A DNA stretch of 61,925 nt, counting the filler, from Nemertoderma westbladi (lineage: Eukaryota > Animalia > Xenacoelomorpha): NCBI GenBank assembly GCA_032718475.1. It is 3 parts of 3 records of this genome, joined end to end, with 100 filler letters (N's around TTAATTAATTAA, not from the genome) between each part and the next. Parts side by side here need not be neighbours in the genome. Positions count along the whole stretch, not along the records: positions 1 to 26,370 come from JAUCBJ010007773.1; 2 more parts are not named here. One strand, 5' to 3'. Positions within the stretch are counted from its first letter, which is position 1, and each line of letters begins with the position of its first letter. The notes under the pieces were generated by a model. It was not told the DNA's origin. It worked only from the letters and a program-made list of their open reading frames with translations, and did not search any database. Positions 11,950-24,600 of the stretch are shown piece after piece. The translations under genes and the position numbers were made by a program.

Positions 11950-13735
11950 AAAATTATAATTAAATTGTAGATAAAATTGCAATATAAAAATAAAATTGCA
12001 ATAAAATTATAGAGCTCTGCTTTTTAGACTTTATCATATTCATAATATGAATGAATATGATACAAACTATGAAAATAATTGTTTTGTATTGCATTGTATT
12101 TGCTTATGTTTAAATTTGTTTGAATTTAAAAGAAAATTTTATGCATCCATCACATGCCTACTTTTTAACCGGGTAGTGTACAAATTTAGGAGTCGCGTAA
12201 TTTTTCTTGAAATAATATCTCATATTATCTCTCCAAACCACGTACGCCGGGATTAGTCCTACAATTGCGCCAATAATCAGGAAACTTAAGAAAATAACCT
12301 GTAAATTACTTAATGAGTTATTATGTTAATTACTGTTAATATTTACATTATTCATACATCAGAAAAAATTATTATTTTAATTCAAATTTCAACAACATAA
12401 GCTCCGCATTGGCCCGGAGCCGGAACCAGATCCGGAACCAGAAAATTGGCCCAGAGCTCCGGATTTCCGGAGCTCTGTCGCATCCCTACAACCCATGCAC
12501 ACCAATTTTCGAACAAAGATACGCCTCCGTCGAGGCAAATTTGTATTACTAAATAATAATAATAAATAATAATGTATAAGAAGCAAGGAGCACAAATAAG
12601 ATAAGGACCTGTGGAAGTCCGACTATAATAAAGGGGTTACAGTGCGAGGGCAGAGAGAGAAGGACACCTCGGGCAGACCAAGAGATGGTACCTACCAGTC
12701 GCAGGATCCAGACAGAAACTGCTGACGCACTGAGGCGAGAGTTCGTGGAACGGCTGTTTATTCTTACAGAGTTTATGGTGGAAACCATGGACTGTTGCTC
12801 GAGTTATAGGGTGACGGTTTCGCTGGTTGGTAATGTACAACAATGTAAAGTTATAACAATCGGAAGTATATCTATAAATGTGACCTACAGTAGGGTTGTA
12901 ATGTGAAATATAACAACTCACCATTAATACACTGTTACTGTAAAATAGTTAAATATTGCGTAATTTTGTTATAAAATAGTATTTCTCCAATACAGACCTG
13001 ATGTCAGATTGAATTTAATCGTAAATATTCTTTTATAGAGGTTGACACCATCTATATACGACAACAATAGAGCGATTAGTTCTCAAGATATATTGCACAA
13101 AAGGTAAAGGATATCTTATTATATGAACACACTAATGTTGAATTAGGGCGCGAAAACCTTTTATGCAATATCTCGAGACTATTTGCTTTAGCTTTTTTTG
13201 TTGTTTCGATAGTCTACCGGTGACTTTCTATACAATAAAGCTTGGTAGTGTTTCTATACCTAATAGATTTATCTAAATTAGAAATAGAGCTAAGTAATTG
13301 CATTGTATCTATATTATATTATATCTGGGGGGCGTCGGTAAATAGAAAGTATACATATCCAAAGTTCACAAGAAACACGTTAGATGGTAACCTATACCTG
13401 TACTGGTACCAATAATAGAGATCTTTATCGAACTCATCAGCAGTTAACCTCGCAAGGGGAGTGGTGGCGATTATTGGAAAAAGGTCACACTTAACACCAA
13501 ATAATTAACATTGATATCACCAAAAATGGTTTCCATATCCGAAAAGTCATCTCCGGGAAATTGATATAATAAATTAAAGTGCTAATAAAATAATTAGCAT
13601 TTTTCATATTGATTTATTATTATGCTAGACAGTCATCCACCACTTCATTAAACTATTTCTCAAAAATATTTAATTGGATTTTAATAAACCTTCATACAGA
13701 AACAAATGTTTTGCCCACTACTACAGTAAATTCCG

Positions 13736-14012
13736 CAGATAGGGGGGGGGGGGGGGGGGGGGGGAACTGGACGCAATAAAAATTCATCCCTCTTCAGGGG
13801 AAATTGGACGCAAATAACAGCTGATTACTCTCAAAAATAAAACTATAACCTGTTCTATTGTGCTTAGTTTATTGTTTTGGTTAAATTAACGTGCCACTGT
13901 AACCTGCTCCTTTCCCTAAATTGAGAATTCAACATTGAGGCGGGATATTAATTCGCCAAGGCGGGTTTTGCGTCGAGTTTCCCCCCCCCCCCCCCCCCCC
14001 CCCCCCTGTCTC
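13736..14012. mobile_element. hAT-type MITE with poly-G/poly-C terminal inverted repeats, copy 1
   Basis: CAGATAG(n)AACTGGACGCA ... TGCGTCGAGTTTC(n)TGTCTC; 8-bp TSD AAATTCCG/AAATTCGG; second copy at 45556. Confidence 0.85.
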
Positions 14013-14271
14013 AAATTCGGTCAGTCACAGAAAATAATAACTAAAGTTTAGTTATTCTAACAGAAAGGCTTTCGGACAAACTTTCTTCTCCACAAATTCA
14101 GATATTCTCATGAAAAAAATGCATGAGCAATATCAATGCTATCAGCTAATATCAATACTGAAGTTGCTAACTAATAAATTACGTCAGTCACATGTGACTG
14201 GCGGAATTTTGCATTTATTGGTGAATTTTAGGCATTGCATTTATCTGATAGTGTTAATATTTCTCAGGCAT

Positions 14272-14912
14272 TTTGGTAAAGAGATTGTGGGGCGAGACAC
14301 GTAGTCGGCGAGCCTTGGCATACGGTTCATATAGGGCAAATGGGGCATGTCCGTCTGTCTGTCTGTCCGTCCGTCTGTCTGGTAAATGTTTGAACGCGAA
14401 TTTCTCTGCATCGCTGGTTCGGAATTGAACCAAACTTAGTAGGTAAGTAGTAGAGAGAAAGTTTAGAAAGTTTGTAAAGTTTGGTGAAAAATCATGCAGT
14501 CTGACGTCAGCTACGACAGATTATGTAGTTTTTAGAAAATGTTAAATTCCTCGGGAAGGCCTCATTTTCCTGAGCTGAAATTTTGGTGGCCTGTAGAGAA
14601 TCATGAAGTCTATCTTTTACGAAATTGAAAAGTTAAGACATTTAATTGGGGATCCGCTAGAGACTCAGAAGTAATGACATAGGCCTACCGGTACGGTACT
14701 GCTGTACAGTGCTGCACTGGTAAGTACGAAATTGCAGAATAACAATTTGACACCACCTAGCGGATTAACATATGATTGTATATCGAATGAATACATTTAT
14801 AGCATGGGATATTGGGTCCAAACTAGACATGCCCCATTTGCTCTATATGAACCGTATGCCAAGGCTTGCCGACTACGTGCTGCGCGAAGTCCCCACGAAC
14901 GTGTCTGAATTT
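14272..14912. mobile_element. Non-autonomous element with 54-bp subterminal inverted repeats and a (GTCY)n microsatellite, DINE-1/HINE-like
   Basis: Inverted arms 14298-14351 and 14826-14879; CCGTCTGTCTGTCTGTCCGTCCGTCTGTCT follows the left arm. Outer ends are approximate. Confidence 0.6.
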
Positions 14913-15308
14913 GTGGATAATAAAGTTTGACAGAAAAGCTTTCTGTATCAGAATAACTAAAATTTCTGTGACTGACGGAATTTCCAGCTTTATTAGCAAA
15001 AGAAAAACTAGGAATTGGTAATTTTTGAACATTGGCCAGAAAATAGTTTAATCTGTGCATAAATATGTTGAATTGAAAATTTTATATAAAAAAAATTGAC
15101 CAAGACCTCTAATATATAAATTGCCTAAGTTAATTAACTGAAAATGAAAGAAAGTAGAGTTACAGGTAATGTTTGATCAGTTAGTGGTAATTCCAGCTAT
15201 TAATCAGTTCCATTAATTGTAAGTCTCATTATCTATGCCATTTCGCCGACCTACAGAAAGATACTTAAATTCAGGGGTCAACTTTTAAGCGCTTAATATT
15301 CTAGCAGC

Positions 15309-15488
15309 GGGATCAACAAGACGAGCCTACCTCACATTGGGATCAACAAGACGAGCCTACCTCACATTGGGATCAACAAGACGAGCCTACCTCACATTGG
15401 GATCAACAAGACGAGCCTACCTCACATTGGGATCAACAAGACGAGCCTACCTCACATTGGGATCAACAAGACGAGCCTACCTCACATT
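15309..15488. repeat. 30-bp perfect tandem repeat x6
   Basis: GGGATCAACAAGACGAGCCTACCTCACATT, six identical copies with no spacers. Confidence 0.97.
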
Positions 15489-15559
15489 CATATAAAAAAA
15501 AATACAAAGTAGTAAAACAGAGATGGAAAAGTGTCAAATTGTTTAAACACTGTAAATAC

Positions 15560-15910
15560 CACTGAAGTTGGCTTGGTCGATATCTTTCGCTGTGTTTCTA
15601 TTCCGGGATTTAAAATAGTTCGACACGACCGGAGAGGCAAGAAGGGTGGTGGGTGGCGTGTCCCAGAGGACTACCCTTGTCGCCTACACGGCCAGAAATA
15701 AAAACCAACTCTACTTTAGAAACTATATGGATCCAAGTAGGGCATATTTTACTTTGTAATGTTTACAGCCCACCTAAGTATAACAAAATCCAGTTCATTA
15801 AAGAAATATCCGAGGAAATTGAAACAGCTTTAATACTTGAGCCTACAAATTCCATCATAGTGCACGGAGACTTTATTAATATTAACGTTCTAAAGGTGGA
15901 TGGATAGCCC
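15560..15910 (+). pseudogene. Degenerate APE-endonuclease remnant of a LINE (CR1/L2-like)
   Basis: IPGFKIVRHDRRGKKGGG, then after a frameshift LETIWIQV...NVYSPP...IIVHGDFIN. Confidence 0.7.
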
Positions 15911-16256
15911 CAGTACAAAAAGTCTAAGAACTTTATTGAATGATTCCAGAAAATGATATAACTGACAGGGGGTTTTCCTTGCGATTTTTCTACCCACGGT
16001 TACACTACTTTGACCCTCAAAAACAAAATTAGAAAAAATGACAAGTTGGATTCCGACGAAAAGTTTAATTTTTCGAAAACACTAATAGAGTCAATTCTAG
16101 ATAAGTACGCCCCAATAAAGGAGGGGGGGAATTTAACTAGTTCAAAACAAATAAGTATGTGAGGGAGAAATACTCCAATATAACTGACTCTAAAAGTAGG
16201 TGGAAAATCATAAATTCGATTTTAGGTATATAGGTAGATGCAAACATAATTCAATT

Positions 16257-18020
16257 ACTACTACTAGGTCGAGCGAACTCGGACAGTGGAAATGAGATCC
16301 TTCCAGGCTTCCCGATTCTCCAACTACTACTACTAGGTCGAGCGAACTCGGACAGTGGAAATGAGATCCTTCCAGGCTTCCCGATTCTCCATAGTTGTCG
16401 CAATTTCGTTTCTCCCAAGTTCAGTATCCCTTTCAAGTTGATCTATATATGTTATGGCAGGTCGTCCACGACTGCGCTTTCCATGAGTTGGTTGCCAGAG
16501 AAGTAGATCTGGTATGACCTCGTCTTTACACTGAATATTAATCTGCGTTCACGGAGGGTGGTTGATACAGGTGGTATTGTACCATAAAGCTCGGCGTTTG
16601 TCATGTGTTGTCTCCAGCTGATGTTTAGGGCTGCCCTTAGTAGTGTTGTGTAGCAACCATCAATTCGTTGTTCAAGTGATTTAGTCAGTGTCCAGGTCTC
16701 ACCCCCGTATAAAAATACACTTTCCACTGTGGCTAGAAAGAATCTCTTCAGGTGCCTGGAGAGATCTGATTTCCAGATGGTATCCATTTTTGATAGAGCT
16801 ACCCAAGCCTTTGCTTTCCTAACTTCTATGTCCTTTTTGCTACTCTCTATCAATGATCCAAGGTACTGGAAGTCATCGACCTTCCTTAGTTGATTATTAT
16901 CAATGGTTGTCAAGTTTCCATCAACATTAAAGGTCATGAATTCGGTCTTGGTAGCATTTATATGCAATCCAACCTCCTTAGCAGCCCTCACCACTTTATT
17001 TAGTAGAAGCTGTGCATCTGCTAGCGTATTAGAGAGCAGGGCGATGTCATCCGCAAAGTCGGTGTCTGTGACTGTATTTGCCGGATATCTACTACTTCTG
17101 CGTTCTCGAAGTGTGAATCCCAGATCTTCACCCTTTGTGGCCGTCCTCATTGCGTAATCCAGCACAATTACAAATAGTAATGGTGCTAATGTGTCACCTT
17201 GCTGTACGCCAGCCAGGATTGAGAAAAACTCAGTTTCACCATCTGGTGAGAGTACCTGCGCTTCTGTGTCACAATATAACAATCCAATGCCAGCAACAAT
17301 TACTTCTGGTATTCCATAAGCTCTTAGGATTTCAAGCATTTTACCTCTATGGATGGAGTCGAATGCCTTCTTGAAGTCCACAAAAGTCATGACTGCGGGG
17401 AGATTCTTTGACTTAATTCCTTCAATCAGTCTCCGTAGTGCAAGTATCTGAGCTATTGTTGATCTACTTGGTCGAAATCCGTTTTGGCTCTTACGCAGTA
17501 GTTTCTCTTATGTGAGGCCTAATCCTATATAGAATCATTTTATTGTATATTTTGGCAGCTACCACAAGCAGACAGATCCCACGATAGTTTGTTGATATAT
17601 CGAGGTCTCCTTTCTTGGGGAGAGGCTTTAGTTGACTGCTGCTTTAGAGGAGTGCTGTTTAGCACTCCGGTTTTCCATACCTCCGCTGGGATTTCATCTA
17701 ATCCACTCGCTTTATTATTGGACATGCTTTTAATGCTTCTTTGGAGTTCGGCAGGTGTGAAGTCCCCTGTTTCTATAGGTAGTGTCTTGTCATATATTTT
17801 CCTTGTAGGGCTGACCTCGATGTTTGGTGGCTGCCCAAGCAAGTTGCTGAAGTGATTTTTCCACTTCCCAACACGTTCTTCAGGACTATCGGCTTTGAGG
17901 CGCCCCTTTGCACAACTTTTCCGACCAGATACCTCATTTACAGTTTGCCAGGTAAGTCTTGATTGTTGCCGTATGTGAGTAGTTGTAATTGCTTCAATTT
18001 TATCCTGTATGTACTTTTCA
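16257..18020 (-). mobile_element. 5'-truncated, frameshifted RTE-like LINE (second family) with (TAG)n tail
   Basis: ORF 16452-17390 (FVDFKKAFDS, GVQQGDTLAP, DFADD) and ORF 17540-17842 (KASGLDEIPAE); ACTACTACT tails at 16257 and 16323. Confidence 0.92.
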
Positions 18021-18421
18021 CCCCGGTACCAACACTAGTACATCTTGTTGCAGCGACATTCAAACACTATATTTACTGCGAAAAGATACAATAATAATAA
18101 TAATAGTCACAAAATTTAAACCAACAAAATGGCCAATATTTGCCCATTCTTTATCGATTATAATTAATTAAATATTCCCCATTAGATAGGTTTCTATACC
18201 TGACTTTATTACCAACATCTGGTGTTATTGTCACAATTCTTTATCGAAAATAATTGGCATGTATATTACCGGTATTTTATTTGGACATAATATTTTATTT
18301 AGTTTAGATATAAACCAAGGCAACCCTGAATACCAAGTAGACTTGTAGAGAGAGAGAGACCATTGCTTTGTACAACGCTGTGTGTGAATTAATAATTAAA
18401 TGTAAAATGTAAAACAATAAC

Positions 18422-18613
18422 CTGTGTGAGCAAACGTTATAGAAAGCGCGTAATACACCGTCGGAGTCGCGAGAAATAATGTAGTTTAAGTTGGCTAAAG
18501 TCCCGGAAATATAACTCCCGGGTTCAATGACCAGATCAGATCTACCGGCGACCAACCAATTCTCTTTAAATATCGTCTCCTTATCGAACTCAAAGAAGGC
18601 CGGAGAGGTGTAC
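18422..18613 (-). CDS. Rieske oxygenase (choline monooxygenase-like), internal exon
   Basis: CAG|G acceptor at 18614/18613; YTSPAFFEFDKETIFKENWLVAG...LRAFYNVCSHR; the donor at 18422/18421 joins in phase to 11425, giving CSHRAS...CPYHGW. Upstream exon(s) not resolved. Confidence 0.9.
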
Positions 18614-18740
18614 CTGGATAAAATTGGTAAAATTTTACAGAGTTTCAGGATAAAGTTTGATGAACAGATTAACGGTAACTTGAATTTACATTGAGTGTTG
18701 ATATTGATATGAAACAGTTATAGTGGAAATTAAGACCTAT

Positions 18741-19068
18741 TTAATGGGAGAATCTTTTAGGCTTGTTAAGCAAAGGAATGCCTGTTCACCACAATGAGTG
18801 ATCTTCCATAGTAAACCCTTCCACTCTGTTCCCTAAAGGAATGCCTGTTCACCACCATGGGTGATCTTCCACAGTAAACCCTTCCACTCTGATTCCCAAG
18901 TTGCCTTGGTTCCCATTTATCGACCGACCACTGAAGGATGAAAGCCAGGGTTGGGCTAGGTTGCAGCATTTAAAGCACTGTGCCCAGACACTGTTGCCCC
19001 ATCTAGGGATCGAACCAGTGCCTCCTGATTGGAAGCCCATGAATGTCACCACTAGACCAAGCTGCTGT
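18741..19068 (-). mobile_element. tRNA-derived SINE with a Nin/Deu-like central domain
   Basis: A box TGGTCTAGTGG, B box GGTTCGATCCC, then CTTTCATCCTTCAGTGGTCGGTCGATAAATGGGAACC; 12-bp TSD ATTAAGACCTAT at 18729-18740 and 19069-19080. Confidence 0.85.
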
Positions 19069-21684
19069 ATTAAGACCTATAGGATCATAGATAGATAGAT
19101 AGTTAGGTTACAGGAGTTATTGTTATTGGATGACCCAAGAGGGGGGTGAAACCTGTGGGAACATGTCATATCTCTTATTACAGGACTAAACGACAAACGA
19201 AGCCAAGCCGTGAGGGTCAATACAGCCAAAGTAAAAAAACAAAGCACCAGATCTGCACTCAAACAGTTGAATATGTATGAATTCCACTCAGACTGACAGG
19301 GTGCGTGGAGGGGTTTAAGATTATAGAACATAAATAAACTAAATTGACTACCGGTAGGCCTATTTTTTATGAGCAACCAACATAAACCCGACAGCCCGAT
19401 GATAAATAAATTACTGCGTATACTGCTGTACCGTACTGTCAGACTGTTACAATCTCCAATAATTGCTCTAGTCCTGTTCCTGTATCGGTAGTCTAGAAGT
19501 CTACGCGGTGACGGTAGTACGAAAATGTCTGAATGTATTACTGTATTATTTAATTAAGACTACTGGTAATTGGTGACAAACAGTAACAGTGTTTATGTTG
19601 ACCAAGAAAATATCGGCCCAAGTTGGCAAATTAGCCCCCCTTTTACTACACTGTACAGTGTACACACACACGTACACCAGTACACACAGTCTGACAGTGT
19701 CGTACTATGCTGCTATGTATCAGTACGCGGCATGGTACAATGTCTGAATGTACTACTCACAACTCTGCAACTGATCGGATACCGTCAGACCGTACTAACC
19801 AGGCGGGTGGAGGTGTTGAAGCTTTCTGCAATGGCAGACTGATGTCAAACTTTTCTACTTCATCCAATAAGAAATCTCGCGACGTTACCCTTACCGGTAC
19901 GGTATCGGTACCATGAACTTGTGTTTGCGTCGAATTCCCACAAGAAATCGTCAAGGGGAGGCCTACCGGTACAGACAAAGATGTCCTGAGGTTTAAACTA
20001 GGCCTAACGGTATCATCCAATTTGCACAGTCGAGAAGGCAATCTTCTAAGAATCTAATGGAATATAGAAAACTTGAATGGACAAGGAAGCTGTAGGTATC
20101 CATCCACAGCAGTACAGAGTAGGCCTAGCTAAAATTTGTTTTTAGGTCTGTAGCTAGGCCTATCTACACTATCACTACGTTACTGCCTTCCAACTAAAAA
20201 TTTATAAAAGATTACTGGTACCGGTACTGCCTGTACTGCAATACTGCAGTACTGGCTAACTTGTAGTTCTGACGACTGCCTGTTGCAGTGAAATTGTCTG
20301 ATTGAGTGAAATTTGTCTTCTGATACGGTAGTAGAATGTATTTTTTAATTTAAGTCTTATAATTGATCACTTTTCGTTAAAGTGGGGAATAGTAGGGAGA
20401 AAATTACTTTTTAATAATATTATAAAAATATTATTAAAAAGTTTTTTTCGGCCGTTAGGCCAGGGATTAAACTGATAATGATATTATCCACCCTCACAAT
20501 ATCTAATCTACTCTCCCGTAGTTAAGTCACCTGTCGTATAAACTTATAAATTGTACAATTACATCACGTTCTACAGTATAAGTAACAAGGTTAGTTCATA
20601 TACATAACATATTATTCTATCTACTGTACGAAGTTACCGTACATTATACATAGTGTATTAATTCTCGAATAAGAGTTAAGGTTGCCCTCTGGAATATTGT
20701 CACATACATTACCACATTCAATTAATTTAATACGTTATTTTAATGGAATCACTTACCGATATCATTGTAAATCAAGTCGTGTTGTATAGTAATTACTACC
20801 ATCGAGTAATAGCAATATTTATTGTGTTAGCTCGTTGGATCGGTTGAGTTGATTATAGTAATCAGTCCAGTAGATATATAGTCGAGTCAATCTAGCAAAA
20901 AACCCATAAGTATTTCGGAATCAATCCGAACCACATATTTTGGATTCTATATTACCTTGTTAATGACCAAAAAAAAGTATATAAAATTTTATTTTGCAGA
21001 TCATATGTTTATTAATGGAAGTTCTGCGTAAATTTGCATAACACAAGCCAAACAAAAGGAACAGTAGGGAAGAGTAACTAGGAATTTAGTGATGTTCCAG
21101 AATAATTTTATTAATTTTACAATAAGCTTTGATTCAATGGGAAATGAATAATATTTACACTGGCGTGTTACACATTAATTCCAATATCTCGGAAATTAGA
21201 AGTCGCATCAAATTTTTAAATATATCAAAAACTTCACGATATATTAAGGTAACTGTTGTAAAAAAATTATACAATTCCACTGCAAGGAAATTTCATAATT
21301 TCCATCAATGTTAGCGAAGATTTTTTACATAATAAAATTGTGATTGCGCTATTGATTTTAGGTGTAATTTATTTATTTGTAAAAGTCTAAAAACCACAAT
21401 TGTTTATAATATAACAAATACATTTTTCGGGAATAAGGGTTTTTAAGGTCGATAAATCCGATGGGCGAGGTTACATCCACCCGTTTAATTGAGTATTTGA
21501 TTTAATAAGGTCGCTGTAATGTACCAGCAAAATTGGTATTAAAAATGGTTAAATTATTAGACAAATTTCCGTTGCTCTGGAAACTAAATTGGTAACTATC
21601 TAGAAGTGCATACTTCAGTCAATCGATAGTCATTAGAGTAAAGTTTGTCTGTACCAAATTTGGAGGAATTCCCACCAAAAGACC

Positions 21685-24600
21685 TGTAAAAGCTTCTGTG
21701 GGATATAACTGGCCCCTTTTTCTTCGCAATCCAGTTTCCCCCCAGGCGCTGGAATACTCTAAAAGGGTTCTCTAACTGTATATATATTCCCCTCGCCCGC
21801 AAGGTACCGTTACAGGTGTTTTAACGGACATAAAAATCATTCTGCTATATACGTGTTTTGGCGGACATGGTAAGGCAAAAAGCCTGTAATGCACCAACTA
21901 CCTTTCACAGCTTAGCCGTGATGATTCATATTACGACATCTAACAGCTGGTTGCTGACATGGAAACATCCATTGGACGCATAGTTCTTTGTTTGGCTTGA
22001 GCCAATCAGAGCGATTTTTTCTGTCGACGTGTAGCTTTTCAGCCGATCATAAGGAGAGTGTTCAGTCTTACTGTTTTTTACTTGATACTTTGTTGTTATT
22101 GCTGTCTAAAGCCAGAAACACCGGCCTTTTGGGAAGAACTCTAGAAAACTGCTTAAATTATCGAAAGTATAAACTGTTACCTAACTAATCTCACTAATTA
22201 ACATACTCACTTAATTTAATTGCATTAATCATATTGTTTGTACTGTTATTTACCGTCAGTTATTAATTGTACCTATTTGTTGATGGAAATATTGCTCTTT
22301 GGATAATACGGATAAATCACCCAAATTCCCAATTTTCTTGATACACTACAGGTTAGAGAGACCGGCTATACATAACAATTGCGATTTATATTAATGTGGT
22401 GTGTATTGAATCCAATGTTATTTAGCAGACCCTACGTGAGTCAATTGCTGCTCTCTTTATGTGTGATCAAATATACTGACGGTCGGCATAATAGTGTGCA
22501 TGATTGTGATTGGTAACAAAGTATTTCCTAAAGAATACGCTTTATACTTTAATCATAAGCAGTATCGTTGCGTTTTAGTATAAGTCTTAGTTCTGTTTAA
22601 ATAGATAAAGCGCCACGTCCTAAAGGAACTGTTAATATTTCCCGAAAGCCAATAATACCTGTCAGAGATTAATTATTAACGATCTATCGAATAATACAGT
22701 AGGTATACACTGCAACCTTACACTGCAATAATAAAATTTAAGCATCCGAATTCAGTCTCCCGGGTGTAGATCCATCGGGTGAATGATCGCACATGGGCTG
22801 ACTTCGGCTAGTGTTTTGCGTATTAGCATAAAATATTGTCATATACTAAAGTGGTTTTAATTAACTAAAAGACATATAAATTTTGGCAGGTTAAACTGCT
22901 AAAGGTCTTCAAAAGCGCGAACAGTAACAGTTTATACTTTTATTGCAGTAGGCAATAAGGTTGCAAAATACCGTAGTGACTGGTAAAACTGAACCGGTGC
23001 TTCTGTAGGTCAGTAGGCCTAACTGTCATCACCGGTACCGGTACTGCTGTACAAGTACATTTAGTATTATTCGATTTTGATTATTGTATACCGGTAGGTC
23101 TCGATATTAAATCGGGGACGCCTGGTTTTTATTGGGATTTTACTTAGATCTATTTCTGTCAGTTTTATTTACTAGTAGGCTAATATTGAGCAGAAGGCGT
23201 GTGACCCTGCTCAGATTGTTCAGATAATTGTAGGCTGAGCTGCTGTCTGACTGTTGTTGAGTTTGGAGAGATTGCGGCGTGTGTAGAGTTTGTCTGATAA
23301 AGTGCCGTTAGTAAGTTGGGGCAGCCATATGCGGTAAGGTCAATCCCCTCTTAAAGAATAAGTCGTACTACCGTGTTAGAACGCATACTAACTAACAGTT
23401 TCAGAGTCTGCATATACTGTAGTTTATTTAGACTTGATCGTAGTCTGCCAGTGTTTTAGCCTATGTTTGTTTGTGTGGTCTGTTCAGGTACCGTAATAGT
23501 TATTACTCAGATATTTGTAGGCTTGATTGTTGTCTGGCTATTTTTGGGTCTGAAGGGATTGCTGCGTGTGTAGAGTTGGTCTGATCAAGTGCCGTTAGTA
23601 AGTTGGGGCAGCCATAAGCGGTAAGGTCAATCCCCTCTTAAAGAGTAAGTCGTACTACCGTGTTAGAACGCATACTAACTAACAGTTTCAGAATCTGCAC
23701 ATACTGTAGTTTGTTTAGGCTTAGTAGTAGTCTGCCAGCGTTTGGTTTGTATTTGTTTGAGTATTCTGTACGGGTAGCGTAATATTTATTATTCAGAGTT
23801 TATGCGATTATTCGCAACATTCATGTCCCCAAGTTTATTCCTACAGTAATTGTGCTTGTTATACATACCGTTATAGTTAAACTAACCCCGGTACTACATC
23901 AGGGCTGCTAGGCGTAGGTAAAGACTGACGACTTTGTGCTTCGGTCACTCCAGCAGATGCCGTGGTTCTTTTAACTGTTCAAGTATATTTAACTACTGAT
24001 TATTTGTTATACCGGTACTTGTACCTAATTTAGGGTTTAGTGTACAGTGCTTTCCGAAGTAATTAGTGTAGGCAGTATATTTGTGTTGTAAAGTGGTTGA
24101 TAGGCACATTCGTTAGCTCTATTAGCTTCTGGGTAGGAACAATCCGTGATACATAACGTAGTACCTATAGCGATACGGTTATAGGTCGTCAGGCGGTGGT
24201 ATTTTCCTATCTGGACAGTACAATATATTTACTACTACTTGTTATTTCAAATACCGTAGTACCCTGTCCGTTGTAATAACCAGAATTCTAACCCTTTGTT
24301 AGGCTGGTTGTAGACTTCCTGTAAAATTACCCTAAAAATTCGTAAGTAATATTTTTGTTGTGTTTTAATTAGAGAATTAATCTCACCCGTATCGTAAGTA
24401 ATTTGTAGTATTAAGTAACTTAGGTAAATTAGAATTATCAGTTTTTAGTGGCAAATAAATAGCACTTCACTGCGAGCGCACAGCTTCTGTGTAGTGACCC
24501 CCAGAAATAATAACATTTATTTCAAATATTGACAAAAAACCCATTTAAACGGGTATATAAATATTATAAATCAAATCAAACGATTTATAAATAGTAGGCT

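Noticed and set aside
12410-12488. Possible hAT terminus (CCGGA repeats ending CATCCCTA)
   Set aside because: Only one end seen; no partner TIR or TSD found.
15309-15488. CRISPR-like 30-bp repeat
   Set aside because: No spacers, eukaryotic context and no cas genes.
19125-19160. Possible upstream oxygenase exon encoding SPPSW
   Set aside because: The donor phase does not fit the phase-2 acceptor at 18613. Candidates near 20640-20770 could not be joined convincingly either.
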